DNA of 64,000 bases from an uncultured Eubacteriales bacterium (GTDB taxonomy: Bacteria; Bacillota; Clostridia; Oscillospirales; Acutalibacteraceae). The stretch covers positions 4,009-68,008 of the forward strand of contig ONAX01000009.1 in assembly GCA_900315875.1 (NCBI GenBank), read 5' to 3'. Of this stretch, positions 1 to 10,126 are shown piece by piece. The notes under the pieces were generated by a model, which was given only the letters and a program-made list of their open reading frames with translations, was not told where the DNA came from and searched no databases. The number at the start of each line of letters is the position of its first letter. Within the stretch, counting starts at the first letter, position 1. The position numbers and the translations under genes are program-made.

Positions 1-1273
1 TTAAGAACAATATTCCATTTGTTAACAAAAGTGTAAAATACGAACCATTACAAAAAGAATATGCAACAAATACGGCTACGACAATTTGTATCTTTTTGTC
101 AGTATTCTTACAACACCATTCTAATACTTTAAAAGTTAATATAATAACTAAAGGTGCAAATAATAAAGATAAATAACCAAAATTTGCAAATGAATCTCCG
201 CAAAGGCCGGTATTTGCATTCATAGCCATTTCCTGATTGCCAAAATATTTTGCACCAATCAATCTTGGAATTGAACCATATGATGAATAAGGTGATTGAA
301 AGCCTAATCTTCTTAATACACTTGTGCGCAAATAATCAAACTCATTTGATGAAAAGAAATCAAAATGCAAAATACTCATATTGGGAGGAATAAAAAGAAA
401 TCTTCTGATAAAATGCTTACAAACAAACGAGTCATTTCCTTGAATTATTAAATCGACAGTACCTAACACACTTAGAAACGTAAAAGCAATAGGGATTTTC
501 TTTAAATACTTTTGTTTGTAAAACAACGCAATTAATATTGAGAGAACCAGCAAAAACAAAACGGATTTTTTACCATTAAAAGAAAATGCTAAAAATGTGC
601 ATATTATGATATATATAGAAAGTAATCTATTTTTTTTAATAATTGCATATACAAGACCTATTGTTAATCCAGTTGTTGACCATCCCAATAGATATCGAAT
701 TATTTCCGGCATGGAATATTCTCGCGCCTGTGCTCTATATTCATAGTAATCAGAAAAGTCAAAGGATATTCTGAATCCGGTATATATGCCAGATGTAATA
801 ATTCTGATTAGTCCTAAGACAATTATAATAACAACAAAAAATTTAGGATCATTTATCATCTTATTGTTATAAGGTTTGAATGATAAATAATTAAGACTGA
901 TGATTCTATTAAATACAATTAATAATATAAAATAAAATAGCACAAAAAATGTGAAACCAATATCATGCCTATTATATGCAAAAAGCGATGTATAAGGAAT
1001 AAAATACATAATAATAAGCAAACCTAGAACTATATCAGACAGTTTTCCATTTTCAAATAACTTAGGTATTTCTATAGCAACAAAAAACATAAATATGTAT
1101 GATACAATTATGTAATCAATATTTATGTCTAATTTAAAATGATAGTATTCAAATTCTTTATATACATAGTTAATATATATATAATCCAAAAGTATTCTAT
1201 ATATAATAATAGAAAATATTGTCACCAAATTTTCTAGCTTTAAAGTATTTTTTGAAATACCATTAGTATGCAT
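1..1273 (-). CDS. Polytopic membrane protein, O-antigen/EPS polymerase (Wzy)-like; C-terminus runs off the window
   Basis: Absent from the ORF track because it is open-ended. Manual translation from ATG at 1273 (MHTNGISKNTLKLENLVTIFSIIIYRILLDY...) stays open to base 2, more than 420 codons. It is F/I/L/Y-rich and multi-helix, and lies at the end of a glycan gene string. Confidence 0.6.
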   Translation of the reverse strand, partial: MHTNGISKNTLKLENLVTIFSIIIYRILLDYIYINYVYKEFEYYHFKLDINIDYIIVSYIFMFFVAIEIPKLFENGKLSDIVLGLLIIMYFIPYTSLFAYNRHDIGFTFFVLFYFILLIVFNRIISLNYLSFKPYNNKMINDPKFFVVIIIVLGLIRIITSGIYTGFRISFDFSDYYEYRAQAREYSMPEIIRYLLGWSTTGLTIGLVYAIIKKNRLLSIYIIICTFLAFSFNGKKSVLFLLVLSILIALFYKQKYLKKIPIAFTFLSVLGTVDLIIQGNDSFVCKHFIRRFLFIPPNMSILHFDFFSSNEFDYLRTSVLRRLGFQSPYSSYGSIPRLIGAKYFGNQEMAMNANTGLCGDSFANFGYLSLLFAPLVIILTFKVLEWCCKNTDKKIQIVVAVFVAYSFCNGSYFTLLLTNGILFL

Positions 1274-1299
1274 TTGAAATATTTTCACCCCAATCTGAT

Positions 1300-2001
1300 T
1301 TATGTTTCTTTATCTTCATAATCCCATTCGATGTTCTCTTTGATGACTTTAGCAGGTGTTCCGACTATTAATGTGTTTTCTTTATCAATTGATTTGGTTA
1401 CCAAACTACGTGTTCCAACAATAATCCCATCAGCTAATGAGACACCTTTCATAATATCAACATAAGAAGCTACCCATATTTTATTACCCAGAACAACTGA
1501 TTTATTAGGATTAATCAGTGAACCATTCTGGTAAAGCGGATGTCCATCGTTATCTCTTATATTAATGTTCCAACCAAAAAGAACATTATCGCCAATATTA
1601 ATAGCTTTCATACTATAAAGAAAACAATTTATATTACATGAAAACCTATCTCCAAGTGAGATGTTCCCTCCGTGAGCACAGATTGATGTACCTGCTCCAA
1701 TGGATGTATCGCCTTTGAATGTAATACTTCCACCATTATCAACAATCAAAAATGCTTTCTTATTAACGTGTAATCCTCGTTTTGATGTTTTCTGTGCTGC
1801 AAGCCTTATCATACCTGTCTTTATTTTTCCGCTTATTTTTACATTTTTTCGGTTCACACCATGAAAGGAGCATGAACCCATAACTATATATGGAAGTTTG
1901 ATAGCATCCTTAAACGGTAATGTCCTAAAATTTATATACAATGTTTTTGGAAAATAAACCATTCCTCTAAAGACACGGCTCAATATTCGTTTGATTTTCA
2001 T
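1300..2001 (-). CDS. Hexapeptide-repeat (left-handed beta-helix) acyl/acetyltransferase
   Basis: Repeated [LIV]-G-x4 hexapeptide pattern (IGAGTSICAHGGNISLGDRF, IGDNVLFGWNINIRDNDGH). Lies in glycan-locus context. Confidence 0.8.
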   Translation of the reverse strand: MKIKRILSRVFRGMVYFPKTLYINFRTLPFKDAIKLPYIVMGSCSFHGVNRKNVKISGKIKTGMIRLAAQKTSKRGLHVNKKAFLIVDNGGSITFKGDTSIGAGTSICAHGGNISLGDRFSCNINCFLYSMKAINIGDNVLFGWNINIRDNDGHPLYQNGSLINPNKSVVLGNKIWVASYVDIMKGVSLADGIIVGTRSLVTKSIDKENTLIVGTPAKVIKENIEWDYEDKET

Positions 2002-2040
2002 TCTTTCAGCTTCCTTTTATCAGTATCAAACAGAGAAATA

Positions 2041-3165
2041 TTAAATAGTATTGTCTGATCTGCTATAAAACTGCTCGATCTTATCAATTATATTATCTTC
2101 ATAAAAATCAGATGCGTGTTTAATACAATTATCAGAGATGCGCTCATAATCATTAACAATATCTATAATTCTGTCGGCTATATAGCCCGAATCGCTACAT
2201 GGGACAGCATATCCGATTTCTCCGTCAGGATATGCTTTATCGAATCCCTGTCCCTTTGAATAGAGAACGGGAAGTCCCTGAGACATCGCTTCAACATACA
2301 CTCGACCAAAAGTTTCTACTCTTGATGGTAATAGAAATACGTCATGATTCTTATACACATCTATCAATTTTTCCTGCGTCATAAACGGCAGAATTTTAAT
2401 AAAATCATATGATCTGAGCTTGTTTTCTTCTTCTTTATCCTCGACTTCTCCCACAACCGTAAGGGTAACATTCATTCCCCTGTCTCTGAGAATTTTTACA
2501 GCCTCTGCTGCTGCAGGAATATTTTTTACGGGATTGATACGACCAATCAAAAGAACACGGATATTTGACTTATCAATGCTTTTGTGGACTATTGCAGTAT
2601 GTTCTTCCCAGAATTTTTCAAGCGGATTCCCGATAATCACGCTTTTATTTTCAAATGCTTTTCTTTTATTTTCAGGAACATATTTGTTCATGAATTCTTC
2701 TTTATGACATCGAGATAAGAATAACAATCCCTCTGCCTCTTCTGCATTTTTAATAGCCATTCTTCTGAAAAATGGAAGACGTATAAAGCCGGTCAAATCT
2801 GTTGCTCTGACTGAGAGTACATACTTCAAGCCATATTTTCTTTTCATTCGTCTTGCTGTATATCCGCTACTAACCAAAAGATGGGCATGCATCAGATCAT
2901 ATTCATCAAGTTTATATGCTTTTAACAATTGTTTTTCTATCTTCCATTGCCTAGGAAAAAATAGTATCCTGTCCACATCATTCCAACATTCAACATGAAC
3001 AACATCTTTATCCTGTACTACGGGAACAAACTTTTCTGCCACGCCTGATCCGATTTTTGTGCTGTTGAATACAGTCACGGAATGCTTTCTTTTTTTCAAT
3101 GCCGTCTTTTGCTGGTTATAAAGCATAGCAATATGATAAAACGTACAAAGATAAAGAATCCTCAT
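2041..3165 (-). CDS. Glycosyltransferase family 4 (GT-B)
   Basis: E-x7-E region ETFGRVYVEAMSQGLPVL. I prefer ATG at 3165 (MRILYL), 8 nt after AAGGAGA, over the track's GTG at 3189. Confidence 0.85.
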   Translation of the reverse strand: MRILYLCTFYHIAMLYNQQKTALKKRKHSVTVFNSTKIGSGVAEKFVPVVQDKDVVHVECWNDVDRILFFPRQWKIEKQLLKAYKLDEYDLMHAHLLVSSGYTARRMKRKYGLKYVLSVRATDLTGFIRLPFFRRMAIKNAEEAEGLLFLSRCHKEEFMNKYVPENKRKAFENKSVIIGNPLEKFWEEHTAIVHKSIDKSNIRVLLIGRINPVKNIPAAAEAVKILRDRGMNVTLTVVGEVEDKEEENKLRSYDFIKILPFMTQEKLIDVYKNHDVFLLPSRVETFGRVYVEAMSQGLPVLYSKGQGFDKAYPDGEIGYAVPCSDSGYIADRIIDIVNDYERISDNCIKHASDFYEDNIIDKIEQFYSRSDNTI

Positions 3166-3179
3166 TTTATTCTTCTCCT

Positions 3180-4265
3180 TTATAGGCACCCTTCTCCGAA
3201 CAATCCTGTCAGCTCAACAGAAGCAAAATCCTTAAGAGGAAGCTTTACGGGCTTACCCGTAAGTTGGCTCTTATATACAGCAAGTACCATTTCGAGGGCA
3301 TTTCTTCCTGCAACAGCATCAACATACGGTTTTCTATCGTTCTTGATTGCATCCATCATATCTGCAAACAAACTGGTATGACCGTTTCCATATACATTGC
3401 TTGTTGGCTCATGCAGTCCGGCTTTTTCAGTATCGCTTGCATCAGAATCAACAAACTCCCATACATCAATATTATTACAAGAAGTACCGCCAAGCTTCAC
3501 TGTACCATTTTCACCGAACATATAAAGTGTTTCTTCGAGATTTTTGGGATAAACATTTACTGTTCCCTCAATCGTACCAACTGCACCATTCTTAAACTTT
3601 ACTACAGCGACACCTAAATCTTCACACTCAAGATAATCATGAAATTGCTGTCTGGTTGCACCATACACTTCGTCTACTTCATCACCCATCATCCAACGCA
3701 AAAGATCTATGCCGTGAATACACTGATTCATAAGTGCCCCACCATCAGAAGCCCATTTTCCACGCCATATTGCCTGCTCGTAATATTCTTTATTGCGATT
3801 CCAACGTACGTTAATGGATCCATGTGATATGCGTCCAAAACGGCCAGCGTCGAGCGCTTGCCTTATCTCCTGAACAGCAATATTAAAACGGTTTTGATGA
3901 CAAGCGGACACCTTTACGCCCTTCTCTTTTGAAAGTGCTATAATTCTGTCTGCATCTGCAAGACTCATAGCAATAGGCTTTTCAATAATTACATTTATTC
4001 CTTTTTCTATACAATACAACGCTATCTCGGCATGCTTACCACTGTCGGTCGCAATAGATACCAAAACAAGCTCAGGATGATTATCAATCATTTCCTTATA
4101 ATCTTCATATCTCTCTACTGGCTTATCATATCCGGTCTTACTGAACAAAACATCAATATGCTCAGGTACTATGTCACAGACAGCTACCATTTCCAAACCG
4201 TTGTTTAAAACTGCTTTTATATGATTTACAGCGATACGTCCACAACCTATAAGTGCATATTTCAT
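3180..4265 (-). CDS. Gfo/Idh/MocA NAD-dependent sugar-nucleotide oxidoreductase (WbpB-like)
   Basis: N-terminal Rossmann motif MKYALIGCGRIAVNHI. Adjacent to a DegT aminotransferase and a WbpD-like acetyltransferase. Confidence 0.8.
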   Translation of the reverse strand: MKYALIGCGRIAVNHIKAVLNNGLEMVAVCDIVPEHIDVLFSKTGYDKPVERYEDYKEMIDNHPELVLVSIATDSGKHAEIALYCIEKGINVIIEKPIAMSLADADRIIALSKEKGVKVSACHQNRFNIAVQEIRQALDAGRFGRISHGSINVRWNRNKEYYEQAIWRGKWASDGGALMNQCIHGIDLLRWMMGDEVDEVYGATRQQFHDYLECEDLGVAVVKFKNGAVGTIEGTVNVYPKNLEETLYMFGENGTVKLGGTSCNNIDVWEFVDSDASDTEKAGLHEPTSNVYGNGHTSLFADMMDAIKNDRKPYVDAVAGRNALEMVLAVYKSQLTGKPVKLPLKDFASVELTGLFGEGCL

Positions 4266-4305
4266 AATATTCTCCGTTATCCTTTCAAGACTGTTTCGAT
4301 ATTTA

Positions 4306-5481
4306 TCAAAGTAACTCTTTCAGTGTTTTAATAATATAATCACGCTCTTCGTCATAAAGTTCAGGGAAAACTGGTAAAACAAAAGTGGTTTTACTCAATT
4401 CTTCTGTTACCGGAAGATCTCCTTCTTTATAGCCAAGATGAGCAAATGCTCCTTGAACATGAAGCGGAACAGGATAATAAGTTCCTGAAGCAACACCTTT
4501 TGACTTTAACTTTTCGATTATTTGCTGTGCATTTGTGTGCTTGAGTGCATAAATATAGTATGAGTGTTCACAGTCATCTGACTCGTAAGGTGTTACACAA
4601 TCAATATCTTTGAATGCTTCATTATACAATGCTGCATTCCTGCGTCTTCCTTCAATAAACTCATCCATATGAGCGAGTTTTTTGCGGAGAATAGCAGCCT
4701 GAATAGCATCCAGACGAGAATTGTAACCGACAAGATAGTTATAATACTTGCTTTCGCCCAGCGGCATGCCATCCGGAAAGTTCATATTCTTACTTTCGTA
4801 TTCTCTCTTGAGGGTCAGAAGACCGTCTTTGCCTGATCCATGGACTTTCAGCGAACGGCAAGCACGAGCTACTTCCTCATTATCGGTAAGAATCATACCG
4901 CCATCACCGTCACAGCCTAAATTCTTAGTGGGGAAAAAGGAAAAACATGATACATCTCCGAGAGTATTGCTTCTTTCTCCTTTATATTTCGTTCCGGCCG
5001 ACTGTGCACAATCTGCGATTAAATACAAATCATATTTTTTGCATATAGCACGCAGAGCATCCATATCACAGCTTTGACCATAAAAATGAACAGGGAGTAT
5101 TGCTTTTGTTTTTTTCGTTATTGCCGCTTCTACCAAATCAGGATTCATGCAATATGTATCTGGGCAAACATCAACAAATACAGGTACAGCGCCGACAGCA
5201 GCAATGCTTTCAGCAGTTGCAAAAAATGTCCACGAAACAGTAATTACCTCATCGCCTTCTCCGATATTCAAGGCGCGAAGTGCCAATACTAAAGCATCGG
5301 TTCCGTTACCGCAGGAAATACCGTACTTTGCTCCTTCATAGGCTGCAAATTCTTCTTCAAAGGCTTTCACCTCTGCTCCGCCTATATATCCACCACTACG
5401 AAGAACGTTGATTGCTGCTTCTTCATATTCTGCTGCATGTGTTTCATGCTGACGTTTTACATTCATAAGCTGAATTTCCAT
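4306..5481 (-). CDS. DegT/DnrJ/EryC1/StrS PLP-dependent sugar aminotransferase (WbpE-like)
   Basis: Family-typical FSFFPTKNLGCDGDGG with the PLP lysine, plus GNGTDAL. Confidence 0.85.
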   Translation of the reverse strand: MEIQLMNVKRQHETHAAEYEEAAINVLRSGGYIGGAEVKAFEEEFAAYEGAKYGISCGNGTDALVLALRALNIGEGDEVITVSWTFFATAESIAAVGAVPVFVDVCPDTYCMNPDLVEAAITKKTKAILPVHFYGQSCDMDALRAICKKYDLYLIADCAQSAGTKYKGERSNTLGDVSCFSFFPTKNLGCDGDGGMILTDNEEVARACRSLKVHGSGKDGLLTLKREYESKNMNFPDGMPLGESKYYNYLVGYNSRLDAIQAAILRKKLAHMDEFIEGRRRNAALYNEAFKDIDCVTPYESDDCEHSYYIYALKHTNAQQIIEKLKSKGVASGTYYPVPLHVQGAFAHLGYKEGDLPVTEELSKTTFVLPVFPELYDEERDYIIKTLKELL

Positions 5482-5522
5482 TTTCTTCTTTCCTTCCCAA
5501 CATAATAATGTAACTCAACCAA

Positions 5523-6095
5523 TTATTGCTCAACCGGTCGAATAATATCTTCCTCATCCGCAAAATATTTTTTTCCGCATGAAATACATTTAAGGTTTGT
5601 ATCAAGCTTACAACCACATTTGCATACATAAGCATATTTTCTGGCAGGATTCCCAACAACCATAGTATAAGGGGGCACCAACTTTGTAACTACTGAACCT
5701 GCTCCGATAAATGCATATTCTCCGATATCATGTCCGCAAACAATAGTTGCATTCGCCCCGATAGTCGCGCCATGTTTTATAATAGTTTTCTTGAACTCCG
5801 ATTTTCTTTCAATGAAGCTTCTTGGATTAGCAACGTTAGTGAATACAGCATTTGGTCCGATAAATACATCATCTTCACAAATCAATCCTGTGTACAGTGC
5901 AACATTATTTTTTACCTTTACATTATTCCCAAGAACAACACCAGATTCAATGAAAGCATTTTCGCCTATGTTGCATTTTTTGCCGACTTTGGCTCCATTC
6001 ATAATATGGCACCAATGCCATATACGGGTTCCCTCACCTATACAAGCACCATCATCGACCAATGCTGTGGGATGTACAAAATAATTATCACTCAT
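5523..6095 (-). CDS. Hexapeptide N-acetyltransferase (WbpD-like) with C-terminal 4-Cys tail
   Basis: [25 protein letters not shown]...[14 protein letters not shown] closely follows the WbpD pattern. The tail is CKCGC...CISCGK. Confidence 0.8.
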   Translation of the reverse strand: MSDNYFVHPTALVDDGACIGEGTRIWHWCHIMNGAKVGKKCNIGENAFIESGVVLGNNVKVKNNVALYTGLICEDDVFIGPNAVFTNVANPRSFIERKSEFKKTIIKHGATIGANATIVCGHDIGEYAFIGAGSVVTKLVPPYTMVVGNPARKYAYVCKCGCKLDTNLKCISCGKKYFADEEDIIRPVEQ

Positions 6096-7360
6096 ATCAA
6101 ATCCCCTATTATCCTTTCTACTTGCTTGGCAAGCACTTTATAATCATATATGCTAGCCATTTTTTCTGAATTTTTACAATACTGCTCGTATTCATCTTTT
6201 GGCATTTCAGAAAACCTTATTATTTGATCTGCCACTTTGTTGAAATCAGGATTACTTCCCAATTCAACCCCACAGCCATTACCTTCTACCATAGAATCGG
6301 ATAATGTTGCGAGAAGAATAATAGGCTTTTGACCGGCATAATAGTCAAACAATTTATTAAATGACGCTCCATATCGGTCAGTCGAACTTCCGTTTCCTGA
6401 ACCTATAAATAGATCAGCTCTTCTGGATATTCCAGGGATATATTTCTTATCAACAAATCCCTTCAATACGATATTGTCGAGTCCTTCCTCATCCAAAACC
6501 TTTTGCATTTCATCCATCTTATTGCCTGTACCCCAAAGTAAGAGCTTTATATTGTTTTTTCCTCGTCTTTTCAGTTCTCTTGCCGTATCAATATACAAAG
6601 GCATATTATTCATAAACCGAATAGCACCAAAATACACAACCTTAAAAATTCCGGGATCAGATAGATCATCGTCTTCTATTACATTTTTCTCTGCATTAAG
6701 GTCAAATTCATCTTTATCGACTCCATTATTGATGTAATAAACACTCTCAAGATTTATTTTTCCTCCATGATCCTTATCCCAGCCCATATCCTTAATATAT
6801 TGCTGTCCTCCACTCATCGTAAAAACCAAAGCATCAGACTTATAATATACATTTTTCATAAAAGCTCTTGCAAGTTTTGCAATTATTCCGTTCTCCTTAA
6901 AGGTACCCTTTGTAACGAATCCCTCAGGGACGATATCCCTTGTTTCCGAAATACATTTTATTCCGTATTTTTTTGCGAGTTTCGTTCCCAGCAGCAATGC
7001 TGTTGGATACATAGTGGAAGCATATATTATATCAGGTTTCCCATATTTGCGTTCAATCTGTTTTGCAACAGAAAACATTTTAAAGTAGAAAGAAGTTATG
7101 TTAAAAATCCTATTAATGTCATTCTTCTTGTAATGATGAGATTTAACATAAAAGAATTTGACTCCGCTTTTTTCTCTTTCGATATAGTCTTCTTTTCCTG
7201 TATCTATTCTCTTTCCAGCATGATGAAGCTCATTGCACGCAAAGACATACGGCTCATAGCCATCCGCTGCGAGATACTTACTTATTACGAAATGACGCGT
7301 ATGAGGTCCATCCTCGGGAAGATAAGAATTCTGATTAATTATCCAGATTTTCTTTGCCAT
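6092..7360 (-). CDS. Glycosyltransferase family 4 (WbuB-like)
   Basis: N-terminus [20 protein letters not shown] is typical of WbuB-type GT4. The track start at 7411 is TTG, so I prefer ATG at 7360 (MAKKIWII). Confidence 0.75.
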   Translation of the reverse strand: MAKKIWIINQNSYLPEDGPHTRHFVISKYLAADGYEPYVFACNELHHAGKRIDTGKEDYIEREKSGVKFFYVKSHHYKKNDINRIFNITSFYFKMFSVAKQIERKYGKPDIIYASTMYPTALLLGTKLAKKYGIKCISETRDIVPEGFVTKGTFKENGIIAKLARAFMKNVYYKSDALVFTMSGGQQYIKDMGWDKDHGGKINLESVYYINNGVDKDEFDLNAEKNVIEDDDLSDPGIFKVVYFGAIRFMNNMPLYIDTARELKRRGKNNIKLLLWGTGNKMDEMQKVLDEEGLDNIVLKGFVDKKYIPGISRRADLFIGSGNGSSTDRYGASFNKLFDYYAGQKPIILLATLSDSMVEGNGCGVELGSNPDFNKVADQIIRFSEMPKDEYEQYCKNSEKMASIYDYKVLAKQVERIIGDLI

Positions 7361-7428
7361 ATTTATATACCCACTCTTGTTTAGTATGTTTAATTTGTTA
7401 TTGTAATGCAATATTTATTATCAATTTA

Positions 7429-8688
7429 TCAATCTCGCCTGAACAAATCCCTGGTATAAACCTTTTCCTGGACATCATCCAAACAGCTATCATATCTGTT
7501 AGCAATAATCGCCTGAGAAAGCTCTTTAAACTTCTCAAGGTCATTAATTATCTTACTTCCGAAGAATGTACTTCCATTCTCAAGCGTAGGCTCATATATT
7601 ATCACGGTAGCCCCCTTTGCCTTAATGCGTTTCATAACACCCTGAATGGAACTCTGGCGGAAATTATCGGAATTAGACTTCATTGTCAGGCGATACACAC
7701 CAATTACACATTGTTTTTCTATTTCTGCACTATAATCCCCGCGATTGTAATAATCGTAATAGCCTGCAATTCTCAGAACACGGTCAGCTATAAAATCTTT
7801 TCTTGTTCTGTTACTCTCAACGATCGCTTCAATCAAATTCTGCGGAACATCCTGATAGTTAGCAAGCAACTGTTTTGTATCTTTAGGCAGACAATAGCCA
7901 CCATAACCAAATGACGGATTGTTATAATGGGTACCGATTCTGGGATCAAGACAAACACCATTGATGATCTGCTGAGTGTCAAGACCTTTCATTTCTGCAT
8001 ATGTGTCAAGCTCGTTAAAGTAGCTTACACGCAGTGCAAGATATGTGTTCGCAAAAAGCTTAACTGCCTCTGCCTCTGTATATCCCATGAACAGAGTTTC
8101 GATATCTTCTTTTATAGCGCCCTCCTGAAGAAGCTTTGCAAAAGTGTGCGCTGCTCCAACAAGCTTTTCATCATCCATATCCGTGCCGACGATAATTCGA
8201 CTGGGATAGAGGTTATCATAAAGCGCCTTTGACTCTCTCAAAAATTCAGGGCTGAATATGATATTTCTGCTACCGGTCTTGTTTCTTATCGACTCAGTAT
8301 ATCCAACCGGAATTGTGGACTTGATGACCATAATCGCTTCAGGGTTATGCTGCATAACCAGTTTTATAACAGTTTCAACAGCAGATGTATCAAAATGCTG
8401 TGTTTTACTGTCATAGTTCGTAGGAGCTGCAATAACAACAAATTCAGCGTCCTTATATGCTGTTTCAGCGTCCAATGTAGCCGTCAGATCAAGATCCTTT
8501 TCAGCAAGATACTTTTCAATATACTCATCCTGTATAGGTGATTTCTTCTGATTTATCAGTTCAACCTTTTCAGGAATAATATCGACTGCATACACCTTAT
8601 TGTGCTGTGAAAGCAATGTTGCAATCGACAAACCGACATATCCTGTTCCGGCTACCGCAATCGTCTGTTTACTGTTCATCTTTTCCAT
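7429..8688 (-). CDS. ugd: UDP-glucose 6-dehydrogenase (HasB/Ugd type)
   Basis: [11 protein letters not shown] Rossmann motif and [26 protein letters not shown], near-identical in pattern to streptococcal HasB. Confidence 0.9.
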   Translation of the reverse strand: MEKMNSKQTIAVAGTGYVGLSIATLLSQHNKVYAVDIIPEKVELINQKKSPIQDEYIEKYLAEKDLDLTATLDAETAYKDAEFVVIAAPTNYDSKTQHFDTSAVETVIKLVMQHNPEAIMVIKSTIPVGYTESIRNKTGSRNIIFSPEFLRESKALYDNLYPSRIIVGTDMDDEKLVGAAHTFAKLLQEGAIKEDIETLFMGYTEAEAVKLFANTYLALRVSYFNELDTYAEMKGLDTQQIINGVCLDPRIGTHYNNPSFGYGGYCLPKDTKQLLANYQDVPQNLIEAIVESNRTRKDFIADRVLRIAGYYDYYNRGDYSAEIEKQCVIGVYRLTMKSNSDNFRQSSIQGVMKRIKAKGATVIIYEPTLENGSTFFGSKIINDLEKFKELSQAIIANRYDSCLDDVQEKVYTRDLFRRD

Positions 8689-8857
8689 TACCCTTTCTTT
8701 ATAAAATGGTATTATTACACATTGCCCTTTTTCATAAAGAAGCAGTATCTAAATAATACTACTTTACGCAAATTATGTATTTATCGAATTGTTATCAATA
8801 ACCTGCACCCAAATGCACCCGATTTTTTGTTTCGTGTAATTGTATCATTATCACCGT

Positions 8858-9126
8858 TCAGGCAGTAGGAGTTGCAATAATAACAAGCTCTGCATTTCCA
8901 TAAGCAGCAGCTTTATCTGTAGTAGTATGCATATTCAGTTTTCTTTCACCTGCATTTGCTTCACTAAAGAAACGCTCGATTTCATCATCCTGAATCGGAC
9001 TGATAAACTTATTGAGCTTATCTGCCTTAGCATCAGTAGTGGTAATTGCTGTTACTCATGATTCTGTGCTAGAAGAACTGCTAAGGAAAGACCTACATAT
9101 CCTACTCCCGCGACCGTAATTTTCAT
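8858..9126 (-). pseudogene. Frameshifted, truncated N-terminal remnant of a second UDP-glucose dehydrogenase
   Basis: GGAGGA SD then ATG at 9126: MKITVAGVGYVGLSLAVLLAQNHE, stop at 9054-9052. After a 1-nt shift it reads VTAITTTDAKADKLNKFISPIQDDEIERFF...AELVIIATPT, then stop. This parallels residues 1-90 of the intact ugd. Confidence 0.7.
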
Positions 9127-9260
9127 TTCAACTTCCTCCAAATAACTTACAACTAAAATTTCTTGTATCACTCAGTAAACCTCAACGTACCATATTAAAA
9201 AAATATGCTTGACTTAAAACAAAAACTTTCTATGTGTACTCTGACAGACTATGTAATATC

Positions 9261-9299
9261 AAAAAAAAATGAGAGTGAACCCACAAGCACTTCACTCCC
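9261..9299 (-). terminator. Orphan intrinsic terminator (minus strand)
   Basis: Minus-strand GGGAGTGAA-loop-TTCACTCTC followed by a U9 run. No intact gene lies upstream of it. Confidence 0.45.
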
Positions 9300-9767
9300 A
9301 ACCTAATCCATCTCAACAAAAAAATCACAATAACTGCGAAAAAATGCCATAGAAAATAAGTCTTATAATTCTGCAAAAGCATAAAAACAGCAAAAATACC
9401 AAATCCAAAAAGCCATGTATCAAAGGTTCAACCCTCTTTCAACATGATTACCACTATATTATCAGCATAAAATATCAAGTGTCTAAGCCATCTCCTGAAA
9501 CATACTTAGCTTACCATTGTTTAATTAAAAAGTCAATATGCTAATTGGATATTATTTACCATGGGAAATCGAAATATTTTGTTATAATAACATAACAAGT
9601 TTATGCCGATTATCTGTGCTTTTAAACAACATTTGACAAAGTCTGGATTAATATAAACATTTGTGACTTTCTTTGTAACAGTCCGGCTTCGACATACCAT
9701 CACCATGCGTTAATTTCACAAATATACCTTTCTGATGTGTATTTATGCATTAAATAATTGCTGAATA

Positions 9768-9989
9768 ATGGAACTGTTCGATAAAACTGTTGAAGATATT
9801 AATGCATCGGCTGCTGAGCCCTGGGAGCAGGTGTGGATATCAAAGGGATTTGCTGTTTTCAATCCATCTGAGGACAAAACAGCTGCTGAGGTTATGAAGC
9901 GTGCGGATAAGCTCATGTGTGAGAACAAACGTGAAAGGAAAAACCGCCAGAAAACCGAACGGAACTTCCCCTCGAATGGCGGCTCATGA
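9768..9989 (+). pseudogene. C-terminal fragment of a GGDEF diguanylate-cyclase domain
   Basis: ISKGFAVFNPSEDKTAAEVMKRADKLMCENKRERKN mirrors the last strand and helix of GGDEF domains (SIGxA...RADxAMYxAKxxGKN). The GGDEF core and all upstream domains are absent. Confidence 0.55.
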
Positions 9990-10087
9990 TTCGTGTTTCT
10001 AAATTATCAGTATTTCCCAATACTTTTCCCTGGTTGTTTCATTATTTATAATGTAATTTTTCAAATTCAAATCTTATTCTAGACAAG

Positions 10088-10120
10088 AAACCGGCTGCCC
10101 GTTTATAAGCAGCCGGTTTT
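10088..10120. terminator. Bidirectional stem-loop terminator
   Basis: AAACCGGCTGC-N10-GCAGCCGGTTT with U-rich flanks on both strands, just after the stop at 10127. Confidence 0.6.
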
Positions 10121-10126
10121 GTCGGT

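Noticed and set aside
630-637. A8 homopolymer inside the Wzy-like gene as a phase-variation tract
   Set aside because: Eight residues is borderline for slipped-strand switching and unremarkable in such AT-rich coding sequence. I have no population data.
9303-9416. Two tandem micro-ORFs (MAFWIWYFCCFYAFAEL and MAFFRSYCDFFVEMD) just upstream of the orphan terminator
   Set aside because: Neither has a credible SD at proper spacing. Short ORFs like these are expected by chance in AT-rich DNA.
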